Source: Antedon mediterranea (Eukaryota; Animalia; Echinodermata). Taken from it: a DNA stretch of 64,000 nt. The notes beneath the pieces were generated by a model. That model was not told where the DNA came from. It searched no databases and saw only the letters and a list, made by a program, of their open reading frames with translations. Location: the NCBI RefSeq assembly GCF_964355755.1, contig NC_092678.1, positions 9,856,352-9,920,351 of the forward strand, read 5' to 3'. Position 1 is the stretch's first letter. Every line of letters begins with the position of its first letter. Made by a program: the position numbers and the translations under genes. Below are positions 18,975 through 33,900 of this stretch, piece after piece.

Positions 18975-21900
18975 TGCTCTTTGATGTTTTTGTATAACCA
19001 AGTTTTTTCGAAAATCACAAAATGGTCTAAAACGTCTCCAAATGCGATTTGAAGATATTCTGAGCACTTTGGTGTTTTTATGTTAAAAAGTTTTTTCGAA
19101 AATCACAAAATGGTCTAAAACGTCTCCAAATGCGATTTGAAGATATTCTGAGCACTTTGGTGTTTTTATGTTAAAAAGTTTTTTCGAAAATCACAAAATG
19201 GTCTAAAACGTATCCAAATGCGATTTGAAGCTATTCTATACACTTTGATGTTTTGTGTTAAAAAGTTTTGTCGAAATGCTCAAAATGGTTTAAAACGTTT
19301 TTAAAACGATATTAAGCTATTTTGTGCTCTTTGATGTTTTTGTGTAACCAAGTTTCATCGAAATGAACAAAATGGTCTAAAACGTCTCCAAATGCGATTT
19401 GAAGCTTTTCCAAGCACTTTGCTGTTTTTATGTTAACAAGTTTTTTCGAAAATCACAAAATTGTCTAAAACGTCTCAAAATGCGATTTGAAGGTATTCTG
19501 AGCACTTTGGTGTTTTTGTGTGAAAAGTTTTAACGAAAAGCTCAAAATGGTCTAAAACGGTTCTAATGTGATTTTAAGCACTTTGATGTTTTTGTACAAC
19601 CAAGTTTCATCGAAATGCTCAAAATGGTCTAAAACGTTTTTAAAACGATATTAAGCTATTTTGTGCTCTTTGATGTTTTTGTGTAACCAAGTTTTTTCGA
19701 AAATCACAAAATGGTCTAAAACGTCTCCAAATGCGATTTGAAGCTTTTCTAAACACTTTGGTGTTTTTATGTTAACAAGTTTTTTCGAAAATCACAAAAT
19801 GGTCTAAAACGTCTCAAAATGCGATTTGAAGGTATTCTGAGCACTTTGGTGTTTTTGTGTGAAAAGTTTTAACGAAATGCTCAAAATGGTCTAAAACGGT
19901 TTCTAATGTGATTTTAACCACTTTGATGTTTTTGTGTAACCAAGTTCTTTTCGAAAATCACAAAATGGTCTAAAACGTCTCCAAATGCGATTTGAAGCTT
20001 TTCTAAGCACTTTGCTGTTTTTATGTTAAAAAGTTTTTTCGAAAATCACAAAATGGTCTAAAACGTCTCCAAATGCGATTTGAAGATATTCTGAGCACTT
20101 TGGTGTTTTTATGTTAAAAAGTTTTTTCGAAAATCACAAAATGGTCTAAAACGTCTCCAAATGCGATTTGAAGATATTCTGAGCACTTTGGTGTTTTTAT
20201 GTTAAAAAGTTTTTTCGAAAATCACAAAATGGTCTAAAACGTCTCCAAATGCGATTTGAAGCTATTCTGTACACTTTGATGTTTTGTGTGAAAAAGTTTT
20301 GTCGAAATGCTCAAAATGGTCTAAAACGTTTTTAAAACGATATTAAGCTATTTTGTGCTCTTTGATGTTTTTGTGTAACCAAGTTTTATCGAAATGAACA
20401 AAATGGTCTAAAACGTCTCCAAATGCGATTTGAAGCTTTTCCAAGCACTTTGCTGTTTTTATGTTAACAAGCTTTTTCGAAAATCACAAAATGGTCTAAA
20501 ACGTCTCCAAATGCGATTTGAAGATATTCTGAGCACTTTGGTGTTTTTATGTTAAAAAGTTTTTTCGAAAATCACAAAATGGTCTAAAACGTCTCCAAAT
20601 GCGATTTGAAGATATTCTGAGCACTTTGGTGTTTTTATGTTAAAAAGTTTTTTCGAAAATCACAAAATGGTCTAAAACGTCTCCAAATGCGATTTGAAGC
20701 TATTCTGTACACTTTGATGTTTTGTGTGAAAAAGTTTTGTCGAAATGCTCAAAATGGTCTAAAACGTTTTTAAAACGATATTAAGCTATTTTGTGCTCTT
20801 TGATGTTTTTGTGTAACCAAGTTTTATCGAAATGAACAAAATGGTCTAAAACGTCTCCAAATGCGATTTGAAGCTTTTCCAAGCACTTTGCTGTTTTTAT
20901 GTTAACAAGTTTTTTCGAAAATCACAAAATGGTCTAAAACGTCTCAAAATGCGATTTAAAGGTATTCTGAGCACTTTGGTGTTTTTGTGTGAAAAGTTTT
21001 AACGAAATGCTCAAAATTGTCTAAAACGGTTTCTAATGTGATTTTAAGCACTTTGATGTTTTTGTAAAACCAAGTTTCATCGAAATGAACAAAATGGTCT
21101 AAATTGTCTCCAAATGCGATTTGAAGCTTTTCCAAGCACTTTGCTGTTTTTATGTTAACAAGCTTTTTCGAAAATCACAAAATGGTCTAAAACGTCTCCA
21201 AATGCGATTTGAAGATATTCTGAGCACTTTGGTGTTTTTATGTTAAAAAGTTTTTTCGAAAATCACAAAATGGTCTAAAACGTCTCCAAATGCGATTTGA
21301 AGCTCTTCTGTACACTTTGATGTTTTGTGTGAAAAAGTTTAGTCGAAATGCTCAAAATGGTCTAAAACGTTTTTAAAACGATATTAAGCTATTTTGTGCT
21401 CTTTGATGTTTTTGTGTAACCAAGTTTCATCGAAAATCACAAAATGGTCTAAAACGTCTCCAAATGCGATTTGAAGATATTCTGAGCACTTTGGTGTTTT
21501 TATGTTAACAAGTTTTTTCGAAAATCACAAAATGGTCTAAAACGTCTCCAAATGCGATTTGAAGATATTCTGAGCACTTTGGTGTTTTTATGTTAAAAAG
21601 TTTTTTCGAAAATCACAAAATGGTCTAAAACGTCTCCAAATGCGATTTGAAGCTATTCTATACACTTTGATGTTTTGTGTTAAAAAGTTTTGTCGAAATG
21701 CTCAAAATGGTTTAAAACGTTTTTAAAACGATATTAAGCTATTTTGTGCTCTTTGATGTTTTTGTGTAACCAAGTTTCATCGAATTGAACAAAATGGTCT
21801 AAAACGTCTCCAAATGCGATTTGAAGCTTTTCCAAGCACTTTGCTGTTTTTATGTTAACAAGTTTTTTCGAAAATCACAAAATTGTCTAAAACGTCTCAA

Positions 21901-24900
21901 AATGCGATTTGAAGGTATTCTGAGCACTTTGGTGTTTTTGTGTGAAAAGTTTTAACGAAAAGCTCAAAATGGTCTAAAACGGTTCAAATGTGATTTTAAG
22001 CACTTTGATGTTTTTGTACAACCAAGTTTCATCGAAATGCTCAAAATGGTCTAAAACGTTTTTAAAACGATATTAAGCTATTTTGTGCTCTTTGATGTTT
22101 TTGCGTTACCAAGTTTTTTCGAAAATCACAAAATGGTCTAAAACGTCTCCAAATGCGATTTGAAGCTTTTCTAAGCACTTTGGTGTTTTTATGTTAACAA
22201 GTTTTTTCGAAAATCACAAAATGGTCTAAAACGTCTCAAAATGCGATTTGAAGGTATTCTGAGCACTTTGGTGTTTTTGTGTGAAAAGTTTTAACGAAAT
22301 GCTCAAAATGGTCTAAAACGGTTTCTAATTTGATTTTAACCACTTTGATGTTTTTGTGTAACCAAGTTCTTTTCGAAAATCACAAAATGGTCTAAAACGT
22401 CTCCAAATGCGATTTGAAGCTTTTCTAAGCACTTTGGTGTTTTTATGTTAACAAGTTTTTTCGAAAATCACAAAATGGTCTAAAACGTCTCAAAATGCGA
22501 TTTGAAGGTATTCTGAGCACTTTGGTGTTTTTGTGTGAAAAGTTTTAACGAAATGCTCAAAATGGTCTAAAACGGTTTCTAATGTTATTTTAACAACTTT
22601 GATGTTTTTGTGTAACCAAGTTTTTTCGAAAATCACAAAATGGTCTAAAACGTCTCCAAATGCGATTTGAAGATATTCTGAGCACTTTGGTGTTTTTATG
22701 TTAAAAAGTTTTTTCGAAAATCACAAAATGGTCTAAAACGTCTCCAAATGCGATTTGAAGATATTCTGAGCACTTTGGTGTTTTTATGTTAAAAAGTTTT
22801 TTCGAAAATCACAAAATGGTCTAAAACGTCTCCAAATGCGATTTGAAGCTATTCTGTACACTTTGATGTTTTGTGTGAAAAAGTTTTGTCGAAATGCTCA
22901 AAATGGTCTAAAACGTTTTTAAAACGATATTAAGCTATTTTGTGCTCTTTGATGTTTTTGTGTAACCAAGTTTTATCGAAATGAACAAAATGGTCTAAAA
23001 CGTCTCCAAATGCGATTTGAAGCTTTTCCAAGCACTTTGCTGTTTTTATGTTAACAAGCTTTTTCGAAAATCACAAAATGGTCTAAAACGTCTCCAAATG
23101 CGATTTGAAGATATTCTGAGCACTTTGGTGTTTTTATGTTAAAAAGTTTTTTCGAAAATCACAAAATGGTCTAAAACGTCTCCAAATGCGATTTGAAGAT
23201 ATTCTGAGCACTTTGGTGTTTTTATGTTAAAAAGTTTTTTCGAAAATCACAAAATGGTCTAAAACGTCTCCAAATGCGATTTGAAGCTATTCTGTACACT
23301 TTGATGTTTTGTGTGAAAAAGTTTTGTCGAAATGCTCAAAATGGTCTAAAACGTTTTTAAAACGATATTAAGCTATTTTGTGCTCTTTGATGTTTTTGTG
23401 TAACCAAGTTTTATCGAAATGAACAAAATGGTCTAAAACGTCTCCAAATGCGATTTGAAGCTTTTCCAAGCACTTTGCTGTTTTTATGTTAACAAGTTTT
23501 TTCGAAAATCACAAAATGGTCTAAAACGTCTCAAAATGCGATTTAAAGGTATTCTGAGCACTTTGGTGTTTTTGTGTGAAAAGTTTTAACGAAATGCTCA
23601 AAATTGTCTAAAACGGTTTCTAATGTGATTTTAAGCACTTTGATGTTTTTGTAAAACCAAGTTTCATCGAAATGAACAAAATGGTCTAAATTGTCTCCAA
23701 ATGCGATTTGAAGCTTTTCCAAGCACTTTGCTGTTTTTATGTTAACAAGCTTTTTCGAAAATCACAAAATGGTCTAAAACGTCTCCAAATGCGATTTGAA
23801 GATATTCTGAGCACTTTGGTGTTTTTATGTTAAAAAGTTTTTTCGAAAATCACAAAATGGTCTAAAACGTCTCCAAATGCGATTTGAAGCTCTTCTGTAC
23901 ACTTTGATGTTTTGTGTGAAAAAGTTTAGTCGAAATGCTCAAAATGGTCTAAAACGTTTTTAAAACGATATTAAGCTATTTTGTGCTCTTTGATGTTTTT
24001 GTGTAACCAAGTTTCATCGAAAATCACAAAATGGTCTAAAACGTCTCCAAATGCGATTTGAAGATATTCTGAGCACTTTGGTGTTTTTATGTTAACAAGT
24101 TTTTTCGAAAATCACAAAATGGTCTAAAACGTCTCCAAATGCGATTTGAAGATATTCTGAGCACTTTGGTGTTTTTATGTTAAAAAGTTTTTTCGAAAAT
24201 CACAAAATGGTCTAAAACGTCTCCAAATGCGATTTGAAGCTATTCTATACACTTTGATGTTTTGTGTTAAAAAGTTTTGTCGAAATGCTCAAAATGGTTT
24301 AAAACGTTTTTAAAACGATATTAAGCTATTTTGTGCTCTTTGATGTTTTTGTGTAACCAAGTTTCATCGAAATGAACAAAATGGTCTAAAACGTCTCCAA
24401 ATGCGATTTGAAGCTTTTCCAAGCACTTTGCTGTTTTTATGTTAACAAGTTTTTTCGAAAATCACAAAATTGTCTAAAACGTCTCAAAATGCGATTTGAA
24501 GGTATTCTGAGCACTTTGGTGTTTTTGTGTGAAAAGTTTTAACGAAAAGCTCAAAATGGTCTAAAACGGTTCTAATGTGATTTTAAGCACTTTGATGTTT
24601 TTGTACAACCAAGTTTCATCGAAATGCTCAAAATGGTCTAAAACGTTTTTAAAACGATATTAAGCTATTTTGTGCTCTTTGATGTTTTTGCGTTACCAAA
24701 TTTTTTCGAAAATCACAAAATGGTCTAAAACGTCTCCAAATGCGATTTGAAGCTTTTCTAAGCACTTTGGTGTTTTTATGTTAACAAGTTTTTTCGAAAA
24801 TCACAAAATGGTCTAAAACGTCTCAAAATGCGATTTGAAGGTATTCTGAGCACTTTGGTGTTTTTGTGTGAAAAGTTTTAACGAAATGCTCAAAATGGTC

Positions 24901-27900
24901 TAAAACGGTTTCTAATTTGATTTTAACCACTTTGATGTTTTTGTGTAACCAAGTTCTTTTCGAAAATCACAAAATGGTCTAAAACGTCTCCAAATGCGAT
25001 TTGAAGCTTTTCTAAGCACTTTGGTGTTTTTATGTTAACAAGTTTTTTCGAAAATCACAAAATGGTCTAAAACGTCTCAAAATGCGATTTGAAGGTATTC
25101 TGAGCACTTTGGTGTTTTTGTGTGAAAAGTTTTAACGAAATGCTCAAAATGGTCTAAAACGGTTTCTAATGTTATTTTAACAACTTTGATGTTTTTGTGT
25201 AACCAAGTTTTTTCGAAAATCACAAAATGGTCTAAAACGTCTCCAAATGCGATTTGAAGCTTTTCTAAGCACTTTGGTGTTTTTATGTTAACAAGTTTTT
25301 TCGAAAATCACAAAATGGTCTAAAACGTCTCCAAATGCGATTTGAAGATATTCTGAGCACTTTGGTGTTTTTCTGTTAAAAAGTATTTTCGAAAATCACA
25401 AAATGGTCTAAAACGTCTCCAAATGCAATTTGAAGCTATTCTGTACACTTTGATGTTTTGTGTGAAAAAGTTTTGTCAAAATGCTCAAAATGGTCTAAAA
25501 CGTTTTTAAAACGATATTAAGCTATTTTGTGCTCTTTGATGTTTTTGTATAACCAAGTTTTTTCGAAAATCACAAAATGGTCTAAAACGTCTCCAAATGC
25601 GATTTGAAGCTTTTCTAAACACTTTGGTGTTTTTATGTTAACAAGTTTTTTCGAAAATCACAAAATGGTCTAAAACGTCTCCAAATCCGATTTGAAGCTA
25701 TTCTGTACACTTTGATGTTTTGTGTGAAAAAGTTTTGTCGAAATGCTCAAAATGGTCTAAAACGTTTTTAAAATGATATTAAGCTATTTTGTGCTCTTTG
25801 ATGTTTTTGTGTAACCAAGTTTCATCGATATGAACAAAATGGTCTAAAACGTCTCAAAATGCGATTTGAAGGTATTCTGAGCACTTTGGTGTTTTTGGGT
25901 GAAAAGTTTTAACGAAATGCTCAAAATGGTCTAAAACGGTTTCTAATGTGATTTTAAGCACTTTGAAGTATTTGTAAAAACAAGTTTCATCGAAATGCAC
26001 AAAATAGTCTAAAACGTCTCCAAATTCGATTTGAAGCTTTTCTAAGCACTTTGGTGTTTTTATGTTAACAAGTTTTTTCGAAAATCACAAAATGGTCTAA
26101 AACGTCTCCAAATGCGATTTGAAGATATTCTGAGCACTTTGGTGTTTTTATGTTAAAAAGTATTTTCGAAAATCACAAAATGGTCTAAAACGTCTCCAAA
26201 TGCGATTTGAAGCTCTTCTGTACACTTTGATGTTTTGTGTGAAAAAGTTTAGTCGAAATGCTCAAAATGGTCTAAAACGTTTTTAAAACGATATTAAGCT
26301 ATTTTGTGCTCTTTGATGTTTTTGTGTAACCAAGTTTCATCGAAAATCACAAAATGGTCTAAAACGTCTCCAAATGCGATTTGAAGCTTTTCCAAGCACT
26401 TTGCTGTTTTTATGTTAACAAGTTTTTTCGAAAATCACAAAATGGTCTAAAACGTCTCAAAATACGATATTAAGCTGTTTTGTGCACTTTGATGATTTGT
26501 GTGAAAAGTTTTAACGAAATGCTCAAAATGGTCTAAAACGGTTTCTAATGTGATTTTAAGCACTTTGATGTTTTTATGTAGCCAAGTTTTTTCGAAAATC
26601 ACAAAATGGTCAAAAACGTCTCCAAATGCGATTTGAAGCTTTTCTAAGCACTTTGGTGTTTTTATGTTAAGAAGTTTTTTCGAAAATCACAAAATGGTCT
26701 AAAACGTCTCCAAATGCGATTTGAAGCTTTTCCAAGCACTTTGCTGTTTTTATGTTAACAATTTTTTTCGAAAATCATAAAATGGTCTAAAACGTCTCAA
26801 AATGCGATTTGAAGGTATTCTGAGCACTTTGGTGTTTTTGTGTGAAAAGTTTTAACGAAATGCTCAAAATGGTCTAAAACGGTTCTAATGTGATTTTAAG
26901 CACTTTGATGTTTTTGTATAACCAAGTTTCATCGAAATGCACAAAATGGTCTAAAACGTCTCCAAATGCGATTTAAAGCTATTCTAGACACTTTGATGTT
27001 TTGTGTGAAAAATTTTCTCGAAATGCTCAAAATGGTCTAAAACGTTTTCCAATACCATATTAAGCTATTTTGTGCAATTTGATGTTTTTGTGTAACCAAG
27101 TTTTTTGAAATGCGATTTGAAGATATTCTGAGGACTTTGGTGTTTTTATGTTAAAAAGTTTTTTCGAAAATCACAAAATGGTCTAAAACGTCTCCAAATG
27201 CGATTTGAAGATATTCTGAGCACTTTGGTGTTTTTATGTTAAAAAGTTTTTTGGAAAATCACAAAATGGTCTAAAACGACTCCAAATGCGATTTGAAGCT
27301 ATCCTGTACACTTTGATGTTTTGTGTGAAAAAGTTTTGTCGAAATGCTCAAAATGATCTAAAACGTTTTTAAAACGATATTAAGCTATTTTGTGCTCTTT
27401 GATGTTTTTGTGTATCCAAGTTTCATCGAAATGAACAAAATGGTCTAAAACGTCTCCAAATGCGATTTGAAAGTATTCTGAGCACTTTGGTGTTTTTGTG
27501 TGAAAAGTTTTAACGAAATGCTCAAAATGGTCTAAAACGGTTTCTAATGTGATTTTAACCACTTTGATGTTTTTGTGTAACCAAGTTCTTTTCGAAAATC
27601 ACAAAATGGTCTAAAACGTCTCCAAATGCGATTTGAAGCTTTTCTAAGCACTTTGGTGTTTTTATGTTAAAAAGTTTTTTCGAAAATCACAAAATGGTCT
27701 AAAACGTCTCCAAATGCGATTTGAAGCTTTTCCAAGCACTTTGCTGTTTTTATGTTAACAATTTTTTTCGAAAATCATAAAATGGTCTAAAACGTCTCAA
27801 AATGCGATTTGAAGGTATTCTGAGCACTTTGGTGTTTTTGTGTGAAAAGTTTTAACGAAATGCTCAAAATGGTCTAAAACGGTTCTAATGTGATTTTAAG

Positions 27901-30900
27901 CACTTTGATGTTTTTGTATAACCAAGTTTCATCGAAATGCACAAAATGGTCTAAAACGTCTCCAAATGCGATTTAAAGCTATTCTAGACACTTTGATGTT
28001 TTGTGTGAAAAATTTTCTCGAAATGCTCAAAATGGTCTAAAACGTTTTCCAATACCATATTAAGCTATTTTGTGCAATTTGATGTTTTTGTGTAACCAAG
28101 TTTTTTGAAATGCGATTTGAAGATATTCTGAGGACTTTGGTGTTTTTATGTTAAAAAGTTTTTTCGAAAATCACAAAATGGTCTAAAACGTCTCCAAATG
28201 CGATTTGAAGATATTCTGAGCACTTTGGTGTTTTTATGTTAAAAAGTTTTTTGGAAAATCACAAAATGGTCTAAAACGACTCCAAATGCGATTTGAAGCT
28301 ATCCTGTACACTTTGATGTTTTGTGTGAAAAAGTTTTGTCGAAATGCTCAAAATGATCTAAAACGTTTTTAAAACGATATTAAGCTATTTTGTGCTCTTT
28401 GATGTTTTTGTGTATCCAAGTTTCATCGAAATGAACAAAATGGTCTAAAACGTCTCCAAATGCGATTTGAAAGTATTCTGAGCACTTTGGTGTTTTTGTG
28501 TGAAAAGTTTTAACGAAATGCTCAAAATGGTCTAAAACGGTTTCTAATGTGATTTTAACCACTTTGATGTTTTTGTGTAACCAAGTTCTTTTCGAAAATC
28601 ACAAAATGGTCTAAAACGTCTCCAAATGCGATTTGAAGCTTTTCTAAGCACTTTGGTGTTTTTATGTTAAAAAGTTTTTTCGAAAATCACAAAATGGTCT
28701 AAAACGTCTCCAAATGCGATTTGAAGCTCTTCTGTACACTTTGATGTTTTGTGTGAAAAAGTTTTGTCGAAATGCTCAAAATGGTCTAAAACGTTTTTAA
28801 ATACGATATTAAGCTGTTTTGTGCACTTTGATGATTTGTGTGAAAAGTTTTAACGAAATGTTCAAAATAGTCTAAAACGGTTTCTAATGTGATTTTAAGC
28901 ACTTTGATGTTTTTGTGTAACCAAGTTTTTTCGGAAATCACAAAATGGTCTAAAACGTCTCAAAATGCGATTTGAAGCTTTTCTAAGCACTTTGGTGTTT
29001 TTATGTTAACAAGTTTTTTCGAAAATCACAAAATGGTCTAAAATTTCTCAAAATGCGATTGAAGGTATTCTGAGCACTTTGGTGTTTTTGTGTGAAAAGT
29101 TTTAACGAAATGCTCAAAATGGTCTAAAACGGTTCTAATGTGATTTTAAGCACTTTGATGTTTTTGTATAACCAAGTTTCATCGAAATGCTCAAAATGAT
29201 GTAAAACGTTTTTAAAACGATATTAAGCTATTTTGTGCTCTTTGATGTTTTTGTGTAACCAAGTTTTTTCGAAAATCACAAAATGGTCTAAAACGTCTCC
29301 AAATGCGATTTGAAGCTTTTCTAAGCACTTTGGTGTTTTTATGTTAACAAGTTTTTTCGAAAATCACAAAATGGTCTAAAACGTCTCAAAATGCGATTTG
29401 AAGGTATTCTGAGCACTTTGGTGTTTTTGTGTGAAAAGTTTTAACGAAATGCTCAAAATGGTCTAAAACGGTTTCTAATGTGATTTTAACCACTTTGATG
29501 TTTTTGTGTAACCAAGTTTTTTCGAAACTCACAAAATGGTCTAAAACGTCTCCAAATGCGATTTGAAGCTTTTCTAAGCACTTTGGTGTTTTTATGTTAA
29601 CAAGTTTTTTCGAAAATCACAAAATGGTCTAAAACGTCTCAAATAGCGATTTGAAGCTATTCTGTACACTTTGATGTTTTGTGTGAAAAAAGTTTTGTCG
29701 AAATGCTCAAAATGGTCTAAAACGTTTTTAAAACGATATTAAGCTATTTTATGCTCTTTGATGTTTTTGTGTAACCAAGTTTTTTCGAAAATCACAAAAT
29801 TGTCTAAAACGTCTCCGAATGCGATTTGAAGCTCTTCTGTACACTTTGATGTTTTGTGTGAAAAAGTTTTCTCGAAATGCTAAAAATGGTATAAAAACGT
29901 TTTCCAATACCATATTAAGCTATTTTGTGCAATTTGATGTTTTTGTGTAACCAAGTTTTTTCGAAAATCACAAAATTGTCTAAAACGTCTCCGAATGCGA
30001 TTTGAAGCTCTTCTGTACACTTTGATGTTTTGTGTGAAAAAGTTTTTTCGAAATGCTAAAAATGGTCTAAAACGTTTTCCAATACCATATTAAGCTATTT
30101 TGTGCAATTTGATGTTTTTGTGTAACAAAGTTTTTTCGAAAATCACAAAATGGTCTAAAACGTCTCCAAATGCGATTTGAAGATATTCTGAGCACTTTGG
30201 TGTTTTTATGTTAACAAGTTTTTTCGAAAATCACAAAATGGTCTAAAACGTCTCCAAATGCGATTTGAAGATATTCTGAGCACTTTGGTGTTTTTATGTT
30301 AAAAAGTTTTTTCGAAAATCACAAAATGGTCTAAAACGTCTCCAAATGCGATTTGAAGCTATTCTATACACTTTGATGTTTTGTGTTAAAAAGTTTTGTC
30401 GAAATGCTCAAAATGGTTTAAAACGTTTTTAAAACGATATTAAGCTATTTTGTGCTCTTTGATGTTTTTGTGTAACCAAGTTTCATCGAAATGAACAAAA
30501 TGGTCTAAAACGTCTCCAAATGCGATTTGAAGCTTTTCCAAGCACTTTGCTGTTTTTATGTTAACAAGTTTTTTCGAAAATCACAAAATTGTCTAAAACG
30601 TCTCAAAATGCGATTTGAAGGTATTCTGAGCACTTTGGTGTTTTTGTGTGAAAAGTTTTAACGAAAAGCTCAAAATGGTCTAAAACGGTTCTAATGTGAT
30701 TTTAAGCACTTTGATGTTTTTGTACAACCAAGTTTCATCGAAATGCTCAAAATGGTCTAAAACGTTTTTAAAACGATATTAAGCTATTTTGTGCTCTTTG
30801 ATGTTTTTGCGTTACCAAGTTTTTTCGAAAATCACAAAATGGTCTAAAACGTCTCCAAATGCGATTTGAAGCTTTTCTAAGCACTTTGGTGTTTTTATGT

Positions 30901-33900
30901 TAACAAGTTTTTTCGAAAATCACAAAATGGTCTAAAACGTCTCAAAATGCGATTTGAAGGTATTCTGAGCACTTTGGTGTTTTTGTGTGAAAAGTTTTAA
31001 CGAAATGCTCAAAATGGTCTAAAACGGTTTCTAATTTGATTTTAACCACTTTGATGTTTTTGTGTAACCAAGTTCTTTTCGAAAATCACAAAATGGTCTA
31101 AAACGTCTCCAAATGCGATTTGAAGCTTTTCTAAGCACTTTGGTGTTTTTATGTTAACAAGTTTTTTCGAAAATCACAAAATGGTCTAAAACGTCTCAAA
31201 ATGCGATTTGAAGGTATTCTGAGCACTTTGGTGTTTTTGTGTGAAAAGTTTTAACGAAATGCTCAAAATGGTCTAAAACGGTTTCTAATGTTATTTTAAC
31301 AACTTTGATGTTTTTGTGTAACCAAGTTTTTTCGAAAATCACAAAATGGTCTAAAACGTCTCCAAATGCGATTTGAAGCTTTTCTAAGCACTTTGGTGTT
31401 TTTATGTTAACAAGTTTTTTCGAAAATCACAAAATGGTCTAAAACGTCTCCAAATGCGATTTGAAGATATTCTGAGCACTTTGGTGTTTTTCTGTTAAAA
31501 AGTATTTTCGAAAATCACAAAATGGTCTAAAACGTCTCCAAATGCAATTTGAAGCTATTCTGTACACTTTGATGTTTTGTGTGAAAAAGTTTTGTCAAAA
31601 TGCTCAAAATGGTCTAAAACGTTTTTAAAACGATATTAAGCTATTTTGTGCTCTTTGATGTTTTTGTATAACCAAGTTTTTTCGAAAATCACAAAATGGT
31701 CTAAAACGTCTCCAAATGCGATTTGAAGCTTTTCTAAACACTTTGGTGTTTTTATGTTAACAAGTTTTTTCGAAAATCACAAAATGGTCTAAAACGTCTC
31801 CAAATCCGATTTGAAGCTATTCTGTACACTTTGATGTTTTGTGTGAAAAAGTTTTGTCGAAATGCTCAAAATGGTCTAAAACGTTTTTAAAATGATATTA
31901 AGCTATTTTGTGCTCTTTGATGTTTTTGTGTAACCAAGTTTCATCGATATGAACAAAATGGTCTAAAACGTCTCAAAATGCGATTTGAAGGTATTCTGAG
32001 CACTTTGGTGTTTTTGGGTGAAAAGTTTTAACGAAATGCTCAAAATGGTCTAAAACGGTTTCTAATGTGATTTTAAGCACTTTGAAGTATTTGTAAAAAC
32101 AAGTTTCATCGAAATGCACAAAATAGTCTAAAACGTCTCCAAATGCGATTTGAAGCTTTTCTAAGCACTTTGGTGTTTTTATGTTAACAAGTTTTTTCGA
32201 AAATCACAAAATGGTCTAAAACGTCTCAAAATGCGATTTGAAGGTATTCTGAGCACTTTGGTGTTTTTGTGTGAAAAGTTTTAACGAAATGCTCAAAATG
32301 GTCTAAAACGGTTTCTAATGTTATTTTAACAACTTTGATGTTTTTGTGTAACCAAGTTTTTTCGAAAATCACAAAATGGTCTAAAATGTCTCCAAATGCG
32401 ATTTGAAGCTTTTCCAAGCACTTTGCTGTTTTTATGTTAACAAGCTTTTTCGAAAATCACAAAATGGTCTAAAACGTCTCCAAATGTGATTTGAAGATAT
32501 TCTGAGCACTTTGGTGTTTTTATGTTAAAAAGTTTTTTCGAAAATCACAAAATGGTCTAAAACGTCTCCAAATGCGATTTGAAGATATTCTGAGCACTTT
32601 GGTGTTTTTATGTTAAAAAGTTTTTTCGAAAATCACAAAATGGTCTAAAACGTCTCCAAATGCGATTTGAAGCTATTCTGTACACTTTGATGTTTTGTGT
32701 GAAAAAGTTTTGTCGAAATGCTCAAAATGGTTTAAAACGTTTTTAAAACGATATTAAGCTATTTTGTGCTCTTTGATGTTTTTGTATAACCAAGTTTCAT
32801 CGAAATGCACAAAATGGTCTAAAACGTCTCCAAATACGATTTGAAGCTTTTCCAAGCACTTTGCTGTTTTTATGTTAACAAGTTTTTTCGAAAATCACAA
32901 AATGGTCTAAAACGTCTCAAAATGCGATTTGAAGGTATTCTGAGCACTTTGGTGTTTTTGTGTGAAAAGTTTTAACGAAAAGCTCAAAATGGTCTAAAAC
33001 GGTTCTAATGTGATTTTAAGCACTTTGATGTTTTTGTACAACCAAGTTTCATCGAAATGCTCAAAATGGTCTAAAACGTTTTTAAAACGATATTAAGCTA
33101 TTTTGTGCTCTTTGATGTTTTTGTGTAACCAAGTTTTTTTCGAAAATCACAAAATGGTCTAAAACGTCTCCAAATGCGATTTGAAGCTTTTCTAAGCACT
33201 TTGGTGTTTTTATGTTAACAAGTTTTTTCGAAAATCGCAAAATGGTCTAAAACGTCTCAAAATGCGATTTGAAGGTATTCTGAGCACTTTGGTGTTTTTG
33301 TGTGAAAAGTTTTAACGAAATGCTCAAAATGGTCTAAAACGGTTTCTAATGTGATTTTAACCACTTTGATGTTTTTGTGTAACCAAGTTCTTTTCGAAAA
33401 TCACAAAATGGTCTAAAACGTCTCCAAATGCGATTTGAAGCTTTTCTAAGCACTTTGGTGTTTTTATGTTAACAAGTTTTTTCGAAAATCACAAAATGGT
33501 CTAAAACGTCTCAAAATGCGATTTGAAGGTATTCTGAGCACTTTGGTGTTTTTGTGTGAAAAGTTTTAACGAAATGCTCAAAATGGTCTAAAACGGTTTC
33601 TAATGTGATTTTAACCACTTTGATGTTTTTGTGTAACCAAGTTTTTTCGAAAATCACAAAATGGTCTAAAACGTCTCCAAATGCGATTTGAAGCTTTTCT
33701 AAGCACTTTGGTGTTTTTATGTTAACAAGTTTTTTCGAAAATCACAAAATGGTCTAAAACGTCTCAAATAGCGATTTGAAGCTATTCTGTACACTTTGAT
33801 GTTTTGTGTGAAAAAGTTTTGTCGAAATGCTCAAAATGGTTTAAAACGTTTTTAAAACGATATTAAGCTATTTTGTGCTCTTTGATGTTTTTGTATAACC

